Origin: an uncultured Clostridia bacterium
GTDB lineage: Bacteria > Bacillota > Clostridia > Oscillospirales > QAKW01
NCBI GenBank assembly: GCA_944385895.1
Contig: CALWYZ010000012.1
Coordinates: 16,347 to 80,346 of the forward strand
DNA length: 64,000 nucleotides
Reading direction: 5' to 3'
A program made the translations under genes and the position numbers. This document shows, piece by piece, positions 33,636-43,360 of the stretch. Position 1 is the stretch's first letter. The number at the start of each line of letters is the position of its first letter. The notes below the pieces were generated by a model. The model was not told where the DNA came from. It was given only the letters and a program-made list of their open reading frames with translations, and searched no databases.

Positions 33636-34700
33636 ATGAAAAAAAAGATTGCTGTCATTGCCTTTATTGTAATGGTTTTGACCTTAATTTCAGGGTGTAA
33701 AAGTAAATCTGAACGTCCTTTTGATTATGATCTGTCAAAATATATCACCCTTGGTGATTATATAGGAATTGAATATACATATTCTGTGGAAGATGTCACA
33801 GACGAGGCTGTAAACTCATATATAAATTCAGCAATGGCTGAAAAGGGCTACGGCGAAGAGACCGAAGTGACAGATCGTGCCGTACAAAACGGTGACGAAG
33901 TTAATATTGCCTTTGTCGGCAGAATGAACGGTGAGGAGTTTGAAGGAGGATCTTCTGAAAGTTACGATCTTATTATAGGAAGCAATTCTTTTATTGAAGG
34001 TTTCGAAGACGGTCTTATCGGAGTCAACAAAGGTGAAACAAAAGTTTTGAATTTAAAGTTTCCTGAAAACTACGGAAATGAAGAACTGAACGGAAAAGAT
34101 GTCGAATTTACTGTCACCGTCAATTCTATATCAACTCTTGTATACCCTGAGCTGACCGATGATATAGTCAAAGAGATTTCCGACTGTGAAACTGTCGACG
34201 AATATATCACATATGCAAACGATCAGGTTAAATTAAATAACGAGCAACAAGCAAATGATAAAAAAGAAACGGAAATCTGGAAAAAGATAGTTGATAACGT
34301 CACAGTATCTAGCTATCCGGAAGATGAGCTTGAACACTTTAAGGAGCTTGTACTTGAAAGCTATGATAATTCAGCTCAGTCGCAGTATGGAATGACATAT
34401 GAAGAATTTGCAAAAACATATTACGGCAAAACTCTGGAAGAGATGGACGATGAAATTATGCAGCAGGTTAAATCAACTGTTAAAGAATACATGACAATCG
34501 TTGCGATTGCACGCGATCAGGATATAGAAATATCCGATCAAGAATATCAGTCTCAGGCGGCTACTTATGCTACTTCCTACGGATATTCAAACGCGCAAGA
34601 ATTTCTGGACGCAGTTGATGAAAGTCAGTTTTATTTATCATTGCTTGTTAATAAGGTAATGGATTTTGTAGTTGAAAATGCTGTTCAAGTCAATGCTTAA
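33636..34700 (+). CDS. Trigger-factor-like FKBP-type PPIase lipoprotein (secreted foldase)
   Basis: I placed the start at ATG 33636. Signal peptide plus lipobox: 'MKKKIAVIAFIVMVLTLISGC'. The TF-type PPIase domain reads 'GDEVNIAFVGRMNGEEFEGGSSESYDLIIGSNSFIEGFEDGLIGVNKGETKVL', followed by a TF C-terminal-like arm domain. There is no ribosome-binding N-domain. Confidence 0.75.
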   Translation: MKKKIAVIAFIVMVLTLISGCKSKSERPFDYDLSKYITLGDYIGIEYTYSVEDVTDEAVNSYINSAMAEKGYGEETEVTDRAVQNGDEVNIAFVGRMNGEEFEGGSSESYDLIIGSNSFIEGFEDGLIGVNKGETKVLNLKFPENYGNEELNGKDVEFTVTVNSISTLVYPELTDDIVKEISDCETVDEYITYANDQVKLNNEQQANDKKETEIWKKIVDNVTVSSYPEDELEHFKELVLESYDNSAQSQYGMTYEEFAKTYYGKTLEEMDDEIMQQVKSTVKEYMTIVAIARDQDIEISDQEYQSQAATYATSYGYSNAQEFLDAVDESQFYLSLLVNKVMDFVVENAVQVNA

Positions 34701-34727
34701 ACGGCAAAACGCTAAAGGAGTAAACTT

Positions 34728-35945
34728 ATGAAATATATTGTTATGCTGGGAGACGGTATGGCAGATTATCCCAACAAAAAGCTTGGAGGCAAAACTGTTC
34801 TGGAAGCCGCTCATATTCCGAATATGGATTATCTTGCGCAAAACGGAGCGGTTGGCCTTGCAAAGACTGTTCCGGACGGTATGTCTCCCGGATCCGATAC
34901 CGCAAATCTGTCAGTGATGGGATATGATCCTAAAAAGTACTATACCGGCAGATCTCCTCTGGAGGCTGTCAGCATAGGAATTGATCTTGGCGAAAATGAC
35001 GTTACATTTCGCTGTAATTTAGTCACTTTGTCTGAGACGGAAAAATATGAAGACGCAGAAATGCTGGATTATTCCGCAGGAGAAATATCAACAGAAGAAG
35101 CAGCAATACTAATCAATTATCTTAATGAACATTTTAAAACCGAAAATATCAATCTTTATCCCGGTGTCAGCTACAGACATTGTCTTGTAATGAAAGGTGT
35201 AAAAACGGGGGGAATTATGACACCGCCTCACGACATCTCTCTAAAACCCATTAAAGAGTATCTGCCAAAAGGAGAAAACAGTGATATACTGTTATCGATG
35301 ATGAAAAAATCCAGAGAGCTTCTTAAAAATCACCCCGTCAATATACGCCGTGTTGCCGAGGGTAAAAATCCGGCAAACTCTTGCTGGTTTTGGGGTGAAG
35401 GAACAAAGCCTGCTGTAACGTCATTCGAAGAAAAGTTCGGTATTAAAGGCGGAGTCATTTCAGCGGTAGATCTTATAAAAGGTATCGGGATATGCGCCGG
35501 CCATAAATGCATTGAAGTACCTGGCGCTACAGGAAATTATGATACCAATTTTGCCGGGAAGGCAAAAGCCGCAGTTGATTTTCTTAACAGCGGATATGAC
35601 TATGTGTATATACATGTAGAAGCTGCTGATGAATGCGGACACCACAACGATCCTGAGCACAAAGTACAGTCGGTTGAGTCCATAGACCGTGATATTTTGG
35701 GATACATAATACCGCAGATGCGCAAAAATAATGAGCCATTTACTTTATTACTAATGCCGGATCACCCGACACCGCTTGAACTTATGACCCACGTCTCCGA
35801 TCCTGTCCCGTTTGTACTGTACAGAAGCGACAAAGAGCTTTTGCCGCATGCCAAATGTTATACTGAAAAAGCCGCAGCAGATACAGGTCTGTATATCGAC
35901 AGGGCGTGTGAGCTTGTAAACCATATGATTGATGGTAAAATATAG
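34728..35945 (+). CDS. apgM: Cofactor-independent phosphoglycerate mutase, archaeal-type (ApgM / metalloenzyme superfamily)
   Basis: 'MKYIVMLGDGMADYP', 'GSDTANLSVMGYDP' and 'VEAADECGHHNDPEHKV'; 405 aa. Confidence 0.85.
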   Translation: MKYIVMLGDGMADYPNKKLGGKTVLEAAHIPNMDYLAQNGAVGLAKTVPDGMSPGSDTANLSVMGYDPKKYYTGRSPLEAVSIGIDLGENDVTFRCNLVTLSETEKYEDAEMLDYSAGEISTEEAAILINYLNEHFKTENINLYPGVSYRHCLVMKGVKTGGIMTPPHDISLKPIKEYLPKGENSDILLSMMKKSRELLKNHPVNIRRVAEGKNPANSCWFWGEGTKPAVTSFEEKFGIKGGVISAVDLIKGIGICAGHKCIEVPGATGNYDTNFAGKAKAAVDFLNSGYDYVYIHVEAADECGHHNDPEHKVQSVESIDRDILGYIIPQMRKNNEPFTLLLMPDHPTPLELMTHVSDPVPFVLYRSDKELLPHAKCYTEKAAADTGLYIDRACELVNHMIDGKI

Positions 35946-35970
35946 ATAAAACTACTTAGTTAAATAATAT

Positions 35971-35998
35971 AAAAGCATCGCAGAGCGATGCTTTTATA
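35971..35998 (+). terminator. Terminator after apgM
   Basis: AAAAGCATCGC-aga-GCGATGCTTTT followed by ATATT. Confidence 0.8.
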
Positions 35999-36276
35999 TT
36001 ATTATTGAATAGTTTATTTTTTAACATATAAAATACTACAACACTCAGTATTATACCGCTATGTAATTTAATGCGCCATAAAAACACGGCTAATCTGTAT
36101 GTTGAAAATACAAGATATACAGATATATGGATTTTTAAGTGCAGAGATATGCCATATTTTAAAATATGCCCTTACAATTTGAATATCGTGACTCAATATC
36201 CACTATTTAAAAAATCTAATTTTAAACTGTTTGCAATATACATTAAAACGCAAAAAAAGTATTAATAAAAATCGCT

Positions 36277-36309
36277 ATAAAAAAGACACGGCTTATAAGC
36301 CGTGTCTTT
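36277..36309 (-). terminator. Terminator of the metallophosphoesterase gene
   Basis: Palindrome AAAGACACGGCTTA/TAAGCCGTGTCTTT followed by TTTTTT on the minus strand. Confidence 0.85.
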
Positions 36310-36325
36310 AACTTATATTTAATGT

Positions 36326-39259
36326 TTATGCAGCAAACAATCCAGAAATAACAGTGTTTATAACGCTGTCTGTAAGGACATTGTCTCCACCCAGATATCC
36401 GCTGTAAATTCCATTGCTTTCAGCCCACGCCGAAGCTTTGTCTGCTTTTGTACTTGCATCAAACATAGAGTAATTTATACCAACAAGATTTGAAACTATC
36501 TCGATGAATATACCCTCTGTCATTGTACCGTTGGCAGATACGGAAGTAACTACAGAATATGAGAAGCCAAGTCCAAGATAATCATTATACCATCCATCCG
36601 GAACAGTTCTTATATACATATCTCCGTCGATACCGTCAAAATCACCCGGCTCGTAAATTGTCTGACCGCTGTCATTATTATTGTTATCATCTGGTGTACC
36701 GCCGTAATTATTATCTGTTGTACCGTCGTTATTATCATTGACATTATCGCCATTCTCATCATCGCCGGAAGGCTCATTATCATCCACGTTGTCATTGTCA
36801 TCATCGCCGGAAGGCTTATTATCATCCACTTTGTCATTGTCATCATTATCTGCTATCGATACATTAACGTCTACAACGCCGATTTCAGTTTTACTTTCAC
36901 CCAATGCTTCTACTGTTATTTCGTCATTTTGACATGTAAGAAGCAATCCGTATGTATCACCGCAAGTAGCAGATGCATATGAAGTACCGCCATCCTTGAA
37001 TGTGGCGTCGCCTGATCCTGCTGTTACAACAAGATTGGTACCAAGTCCGCCAAAATTCTTGGTAAAGTCTACACCAAGATAATTATCTAAATTATCACCG
37101 TGAGCAAATACAATATTGTAAGTACCTTTTGATGAGCTGTATATTTTATCCTGCATCCAAGTCAGCTGCTCTGAACGAATTTTATCAAATGCGGCATATC
37201 CCTTATATTTCGCATCGTTATCTGCGGATTCAGTGGCAGTATCAAGACCTACTATTGATAAATCTCCCCATGTCATATTCATGTACATTTTGTTCATTAC
37301 CAAAGCTTCAGTTACATTTCTTATATAACCTCCGATATGGGATGCAAACTCTCCCGTAGCTTCGCCTTCACCGCGCAGGAAAATAACAGGGACCATTCCT
37401 GAGCTTATCGTGTTCATATACTCAAGATATTTTCCAAAGTTACTTTCTGACTGGAATGACGATGTCATATTTCCAAGTGATACTATCAAACTGGGATTTG
37501 CACCGATAGCTGTTTTAACCTTAACCGCATCAATATTGGAAACCGCATTATTTGCCACAACTGCAATTGTATACTTCTTTAGACTAGAAGATGTGTCATT
37601 ACTGAACTTAGTGATAACACCATTGGTGTAAGGACCATAAGATGTGGGAGGATTACTTTTCAGGCCATATTCAGCATAATTAGTAACGACCCTGCTTCTT
37701 ACATTATAATTGCAGTTATCAAAAATTTCTTTTGGTATTTTTACTGAATGAGTTATACCGGTACGCAGCTTTCCGGCAACTGAATCCATATAGCTGTACT
37801 GCTGGCCGCCTTTGGTTATTTCAACATAACCGGCGCTTTCATTTGATGTCTGCCAAACTACTGAATAATAAATACCACTGTCAAATACAACGGGTTTTAC
37901 TGTAATTGATGTAGTCTCGCTGGCACCCTTAAGCTCCATGGTAGATACACCTGCCGCGGTAGGTACAGCGACGGTCTCTTCTTTTTCAATATCAGTTGTT
38001 TCTTCTTCAACAGCTTCTTCAGTCAATTCTTCTTGAGGTACTGAGACAGTGTTTTCGGGTATTTCAGCTGTAACAGGAGATGATCCCACACGTCCTGTCT
38101 CAAGAGTCTTTTCAAATGCTGTTGATCCTGTCTCGGTGAATCCCTTAAAACTATAGTTGCCGTTGGACATTGTTAAAAGCGTCGTACGCATCGTTTCGTT
38201 ATCAGTACGTCCGCCGTCGTGAACGACCGGGAAGCCTAATTTATTGTTTTCTTCACCTTCACCTACATATTTATGTGCGTGTGAATGTCCTGCAACAAGT
38301 ACATCTGTTCCGTAATTTACCATTTGCTGAGCATATTGTGGATCAAGGTACCGGTCAATTAATTTAGGAGAATGACCTATGGATATATGGTATTGACTGC
38401 CTTTTGTATATCCGCCCATATTTTGAAGCCAGAGATACTGCTCTTCAAAATAATGATCCATATCGTCTACACCATAATACTCTTCATGGCTGTCTTCCTT
38501 ATCCTCACCGACATCTATTGTTATTCCGGATACGGGGCCGTAATCCCACTGACAATAGAATTCACCTGTATTATATGAAAGATACTTAATCAGATACTGA
38601 GCGTAATAACCACGGCATTCATGGTTGCCCTTTGCATACAGAACCGGAATGGAACCTTCGGACAATGTATACCCAATATCAAGTATCAGATCAAAATCTG
38701 CTTCCGTAGGCAAGTTGTTAGGTATGTCACCGTTCAACACGATGACATCAACGCCGCCCATATAGTTTGTCAAATGTATTTTTGACGCCTCCATGGTTTT
38801 TTTGTTGTGAGGCATAAGATGGGTATCTGAGAAAAATCCGAATTTAATTTCACTCTGATTATGATAGCCTGTAAAGTTGCTTGAAACAGAGATAGATGTT
38901 CCCAGGCTAAAATTATAATCTGTTCTCGAGTTGACAGCTACCGAGTACACCTCATATAATCCGGCAGAATCGAGATGTGACTGAGGAACTCTGACAGTAT
39001 GTATATAGTCATCAGAACGAACTACTCCGTTTTCTTCATCATAAACAGTATAGGTCCTGCCTCCGTATTTATATGTAACGTATCCTATACTTTTTTCCGT
39101 TGTTTTCCAGACAATGTTATACTCGCCGCCTCCGCCGAAATAAACCGACGGTTTATATGAAAAATCAAATGTCGCAGCAACTGCATTTATTGAAAATACA
39201 GAGAAAAGCGATAACATCATCAATACAGTCAGGATTAATGATAAAACTCTTTTTTTCAT
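36326..39259 (-). CDS. Secreted protein with two purple-acid-phosphatase-like modules (Fn3-like N-domain + calcineurin-like metallophosphoesterase), an Asp/Asn-rich linker and a C-terminal anchoring-type domain
   Basis: 977 aa with a signal peptide (MKKRVLSLILTVLMMLSLFSVFSINAVAA). The first module has 'FGFFSDTH', 'LNGDIPNN', 'KGNHE' and 'VAGHSHAH'. The second module is related but degenerate ('IVFAHGD'). The acidic tract reads DNDDNDKVDDNKPSGDDDNDNVDDNEPSGDDENGDN. Confidence 0.7.
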   Translation of the reverse strand: MKKRVLSLILTVLMMLSLFSVFSINAVAATFDFSYKPSVYFGGGGEYNIVWKTTEKSIGYVTYKYGGRTYTVYDEENGVVRSDDYIHTVRVPQSHLDSAGLYEVYSVAVNSRTDYNFSLGTSISVSSNFTGYHNQSEIKFGFFSDTHLMPHNKKTMEASKIHLTNYMGGVDVIVLNGDIPNNLPTEADFDLILDIGYTLSEGSIPVLYAKGNHECRGYYAQYLIKYLSYNTGEFYCQWDYGPVSGITIDVGEDKEDSHEEYYGVDDMDHYFEEQYLWLQNMGGYTKGSQYHISIGHSPKLIDRYLDPQYAQQMVNYGTDVLVAGHSHAHKYVGEGEENNKLGFPVVHDGGRTDNETMRTTLLTMSNGNYSFKGFTETGSTAFEKTLETGRVGSSPVTAEIPENTVSVPQEELTEEAVEEETTDIEKEETVAVPTAAGVSTMELKGASETTSITVKPVVFDSGIYYSVVWQTSNESAGYVEITKGGQQYSYMDSVAGKLRTGITHSVKIPKEIFDNCNYNVRSRVVTNYAEYGLKSNPPTSYGPYTNGVITKFSNDTSSSLKKYTIAVVANNAVSNIDAVKVKTAIGANPSLIVSLGNMTSSFQSESNFGKYLEYMNTISSGMVPVIFLRGEGEATGEFASHIGGYIRNVTEALVMNKMYMNMTWGDLSIVGLDTATESADNDAKYKGYAAFDKIRSEQLTWMQDKIYSSSKGTYNIVFAHGDNLDNYLGVDFTKNFGGLGTNLVVTAGSGDATFKDGGTSYASATCGDTYGLLLTCQNDEITVEALGESKTEIGVVDVNVSIADNDDNDKVDDNKPSGDDDNDNVDDNEPSGDDENGDNVNDNNDGTTDNNYGGTPDDNNNNDSGQTIYEPGDFDGIDGDMYIRTVPDGWYNDYLGLGFSYSVVTSVSANGTMTEGIFIEIVSNLVGINYSMFDASTKADKASAWAESNGIYSGYLGGDNVLTDSVINTVISGLFAA
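36756..36839. repeat. Two tandem 42-nt units encoding DNDxVDDNxPSGDD inside the metallophosphoesterase gene
   Basis: Unit 1 (36756-36797) and unit 2 (36798-36839) differ at only a few positions by eye. Confidence 0.8.
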
Positions 39260-39554
39260 GTTACACCTCTAAGCATAAAAGTAATTGTATTATATAATAT
39301 AAAAATCCAATAGTCAATATATTTCAAAAATGTATTGGGTTGGTTTTAATCAATTTTGTCATTTTAGACAAATTTTTGTTGTTATAATAGTGCATATTTA
39401 ATAACGCATTAGGAAAAATATACCTTAATATTTTAACAAAATAGAAAATACCTTGAATTGTCTGCAAAGTAAAGTATAACACATATCCAGCCGCTAAATA
39501 TTCACAATAAACAATATTTTACAATTAAAGCGCCCCATATGGGACGCTTTAGTA

Positions 39555-41369
39555 TTATTTATTGTGTTGATGTACCGGTTCTGTATCCATGAGCTGGGAA
39601 GTATACAAATCATGATAATATCCGCCTTTTTTCAGCAGTTCCTCATGAGTACCTGTTTCCATTATGCCTTTTTGGTCTATATACATGATCGTATCGCAAT
39701 TTATAATTGTTGAAAGACGGTGGGCTATTATAAACGAGGTTCTTCCGTGCATCATCTTTTCTATTCCCTGCTGAACATACTGTTCTGTCTCTGTATCTAT
39801 AGATGATGTAGCCTCATCGAGGATAAGAATAGCCGGATTTGATATAACAGTTCTGGCAAAACATATAAGCTGACGCTGTCCTTGGGAAAGCATAGAGCCT
39901 TTTTCGTTTACAACTGTATCATAACCGTTTTCAAGCTCCATTATAAAATCATGTGCACATACCGTTTTTGCCGCTTCTATTATTTCTTCGTCAGTTGCAT
40001 CAAGCTTACCATACCGGATGTTGTCCTTAATAGTACCAGAAAAGATAAAGCTGTCCTGAAGCATAATCCCCATTTTTGAGCGAAGAGACTTTAAAGTGAC
40101 ATCATGAATATTATGACCGTCAATCAGTATTTCTCCCTGCTGAATATCGTAAAAACGGCATAAAATATTTACAATAGTGCTTTTTCCGGCACCGGTCGGA
40201 CCGACAAGAGCTATACTTTGCCCCGGAGATACCTTAAAGCTTACATTCTCAAGAACATTATGTCCCGGCTCATAAGCAAAAGTGACATTTTTGTATTCTA
40301 CCTCTCCGCTTATAGCGGGAAGCTCATACGCTCCGGGCACATCTTCTATCTCTATTTTTTCGTCGATAGTGTCAAAAATGCGTTCAAGATAAGAACCTGT
40401 ATTTATAAGCTGATTGTATATATCACCAATACTTTGTATCGGTGTCCAGAATCGTGATGCATATGAAGCCATTGCTACAATTGTTCCTGCAGTATAGTTA
40501 TTATCAACAAAAAACACAATTGCGGCAACATATAAAAATGCCTTTACAAAGTTTGAAAGATTTTCGATTATAAAAGGTATACTGTTATTAATCGTGGCAG
40601 CTTTTAAATATGCCTTTCGCATCTGTTGCAGCAGCTTATCGTAGATACCCTGATTAATTTCCTCGCGGTTGAACGCCTGAGTTATCTGCATACCGTTTAT
40701 CGACTCGCTTACATATGCTGTTACATTTGAATTTTTAGCCGAGTAATCTGTCCATGCTCTGCGCTGACGGCCCCTTATAAGCACCATATATATAACAAAC
40801 ACAGGCAGTCCTGAAAGCACCACGAGTGATAATTTAATATCAAGCGAAAACATAAAAAATATAATAATGAAAATTGTCAAAAACTGTACTACTATATTTA
40901 TAAGTCCGTTTGATAAAAAATCCGCTACATTATTTACATAATGCACTACCCTTACCAGTATTTTACCGCGCGGACGACTGTCAAAATAGTTAAAAGACAG
41001 CATCTGAACATGAGAAAATATATCGACACGTATTTCGTGTATTATTTGCTGTCCGGCCTTTGATGTAACTATTGTTCTAAAATAAGAACAGGCTTCACTC
41101 AGAAGCACACACAAAAGATACAGTGCGCCTATTACAAATATGCCGCTTATTTGGGCTGTACCTGCCGCCTGCTGCATTTCTATGTTATCTATGACTATTT
41201 TGACAAAATACGGGCCGCATAGAGCAAACACAGTGGACATAAGACTCAGAACTGCACCTACTATAAGCAGCTTTACGCTGTGTTTCAGATAGATTTTACA
41301 GCGTTTGAAGTTTGCTATATTAAACGGAGTTTCAAGAGCTTCGTCAATATCATACTTATTTCTTGCCAT
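39555..41369 (-). CDS. ABC exporter, fused permease/ATPase (type I exporter half-transporter)
   Basis: Six-TM domain plus Walker A 'GPTGAGKST', signature 'LSQGQRQ' and Walker B 'ILILDEATS'. Confidence 0.9.
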   Translation of the reverse strand: MARNKYDIDEALETPFNIANFKRCKIYLKHSVKLLIVGAVLSLMSTVFALCGPYFVKIVIDNIEMQQAAGTAQISGIFVIGALYLLCVLLSEACSYFRTIVTSKAGQQIIHEIRVDIFSHVQMLSFNYFDSRPRGKILVRVVHYVNNVADFLSNGLINIVVQFLTIFIIIFFMFSLDIKLSLVVLSGLPVFVIYMVLIRGRQRRAWTDYSAKNSNVTAYVSESINGMQITQAFNREEINQGIYDKLLQQMRKAYLKAATINNSIPFIIENLSNFVKAFLYVAAIVFFVDNNYTAGTIVAMASYASRFWTPIQSIGDIYNQLINTGSYLERIFDTIDEKIEIEDVPGAYELPAISGEVEYKNVTFAYEPGHNVLENVSFKVSPGQSIALVGPTGAGKSTIVNILCRFYDIQQGEILIDGHNIHDVTLKSLRSKMGIMLQDSFIFSGTIKDNIRYGKLDATDEEIIEAAKTVCAHDFIMELENGYDTVVNEKGSMLSQGQRQLICFARTVISNPAILILDEATSSIDTETEQYVQQGIEKMMHGRTSFIIAHRLSTIINCDTIMYIDQKGIMETGTHEELLKKGGYYHDLYTSQLMDTEPVHQHNK

Positions 41370-43131
41370 CTGAAACCACCTCCAAATTGCCCTGCTGGCT
41401 TATATTATAAATAGATGTATAATATCCGCCATGCTCAACAAGCTGCTCGTGAGTGCCTTCTTCGGTAATACGCCCGTTTTCTATAACAATGATTCTGTCT
41501 GCATCTACTACGGACGTTATTCTCTGTGCGACAATTATTTTTATTTTATTTTTGATTTTTGCAAGTTCCTTAAGGATAAGCGACTCTGTCTCCATATCAA
41601 CAGCAGATGTAGTATCATCGAGTATTATAACCGATGATTTTTTTGCGACCGCTCGCGCAAGTGCAATACGCTGGCGCTGACCGCCGGAAAGTCCGACGCC
41701 GCGCTCTCCAATTATTGTATCATAACCCTCTGAGAGCTTTTCGATAAAATCCGCCGCCTGTGCACATTCAGCAAACTGTTTTACCTCTTCAAACGGAAGA
41801 TCAGGATTTGAATACGCTATATTACCGTCAATAGTATCAGAAAACAGAAATACGTCCTGCGTACTCAGAGCTATCATTTTTCTGAGTTCATTAAGATCCA
41901 TGTCCCTAATGTCTACATTATTAACAAGTATTTGTCCGCATGACGGGTCATACAGTCTTAGCAGCATGGAAATAAGAATAGTTTTCCCCGCTCCGGTAGG
42001 CCCCATAATAGCCACAGTCTCTCCTGCACGTATTATGAAACTGATATGATCCAGTATCATATGTCCGTCAAGTATCAGGGTCACATCTCTGAATTCAATT
42101 TTCCTGACCTTGCCCATTGTACTCTCTATATTGTCTTTGCTGTCTATTTCGGGCATTGATTCATAAAGAGAGGTAACCTTATTTACCGAAACACCAAATT
42201 GCTGGAACTGAGAAATCACCACTGAAAGCTCTCTTACACGTGCCGCAATTGTAAAGACAAGCGATGTGAATATCGTTAAGCTTCCCACCGTAAATCCCGA
42301 CTGCGGATAAGCTATTATCATCACCCCACAGGCGCAAAGAGCAAATATACGCATCATTTCAGATACAATATGTATAGGCGTTGCATAGTTGAGTCTTTTT
42401 TGGGCATTTTCTACCGCCATATCACGGTATTCTTCACTTTTCTTTGTAAGCCGCTCTATTTCATAGTCCTCACGGGCAAACGCTTTTACAACTCGGTACG
42501 CGCCCAAATTCTCATTTACATAACTATTGATTTCAGAAAATTTATCTCTCAGTCTGCGGTGCAACATTTTAGTCGTTTTGTGCAAAATGAGAGCAAAAAT
42601 AACTATCGCCGGTAAAAATATAAGCAGCATCAGCGATACTATCGGACTCTGCATCGTCAAGACTACAAATGTAAATACCAGCATTGAACAGTCCCTGATA
42701 AAGACATACAGTATATTTCCAAAGAAGTCATGTATTACATTCACATCGGTAGACATCTGCGATATAAGCTCACCGCTTGCATTGTGGGTATAAAACGCAA
42801 AATCAAGTGTCTGCAGCTTGGAATACAGCTTTGAACGTATGCCGATCGCTACATGCTGAGCAGTATAATAACATACTTCTCTGTTAATAAATCTGATAGT
42901 AGTTGTTGCCACTGTTACAGCTATCAATATTACAATATATTTCCACATAAGTGCCACACTGTCGCCGCGAGAAAGCCCGAGCTTGTTATACAGCACGTCA
43001 TCTACTATCCAGCCGATTATTACAGTCGGCAAAAGCGCTAAAAATCCATTAAGCACTGTGGCGATCATTGCCGTAATAAATTTAAACCTATATCCTGTTA
43101 AATTTGAAAAAACAAACGCATACTTTTTCAT
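41356..43131 (-). CDS. ABC exporter, fused permease/ATPase, heterodimer partner
   Basis: 'GPTGAGKTIL', 'LSGGQRQR' and 'VIILDDTTSAVD'. A 14-nt overlap with the downstream partner suggests a heterodimeric pair. Confidence 0.9.
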   Translation of the reverse strand: MKKYAFVFSNLTGYRFKFITAMIATVLNGFLALLPTVIIGWIVDDVLYNKLGLSRGDSVALMWKYIVILIAVTVATTTIRFINREVCYYTAQHVAIGIRSKLYSKLQTLDFAFYTHNASGELISQMSTDVNVIHDFFGNILYVFIRDCSMLVFTFVVLTMQSPIVSLMLLIFLPAIVIFALILHKTTKMLHRRLRDKFSEINSYVNENLGAYRVVKAFAREDYEIERLTKKSEEYRDMAVENAQKRLNYATPIHIVSEMMRIFALCACGVMIIAYPQSGFTVGSLTIFTSLVFTIAARVRELSVVISQFQQFGVSVNKVTSLYESMPEIDSKDNIESTMGKVRKIEFRDVTLILDGHMILDHISFIIRAGETVAIMGPTGAGKTILISMLLRLYDPSCGQILVNNVDIRDMDLNELRKMIALSTQDVFLFSDTIDGNIAYSNPDLPFEEVKQFAECAQAADFIEKLSEGYDTIIGERGVGLSGGQRQRIALARAVAKKSSVIILDDTTSAVDMETESLILKELAKIKNKIKIIVAQRITSVVDADRIIVIENGRITEEGTHEQLVEHGGYYTSIYNISQQGNLEVVSDGKK

Positions 43132-43308
43132 TCTGAATTGCCCCCGAATGTTTAATAGATTGTGCGTTCAAGCCTTAAAAACAAATGTCCTTTCAAGCAG
43201 TATTATAAACTAATCATCTGCTTTTTCAAGCTGTTTTGCAATAAATTTTTAAATTTGAACGTATGTCTTTTTGTTTTAAAAATCAACTTATCCTTTTTGT
43301 TAAAACAG

Positions 43309-43345
43309 ACAAAAATGTCACCCTGAATTATTAATGGGGTGACAT
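43309..43345 (-). terminator. Terminator of prs
   Basis: On the minus strand, ATGTCACCC-cattaataattca-GGGTGACAT followed by TTTTGTCTGTTTT. Confidence 0.75.
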
Positions 43346-43360
43346 TTATCAAAGCAATTA

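Noticed and set aside
36071-36265. 64-aa plus-strand ORF in the apgM-phosphoesterase intergenic region
   Set aside because: The stretch is AT-rich, there is no RBS, the composition is Lys/Tyr/Ile/Asn-rich, and it lies between two convergent terminators.
36559-36932. Short ORFs in alternative frames and strands across the Asp/Asn-rich repeat
   Set aside because: They are low-complexity artefacts of the repeat inside the 977-aa gene.
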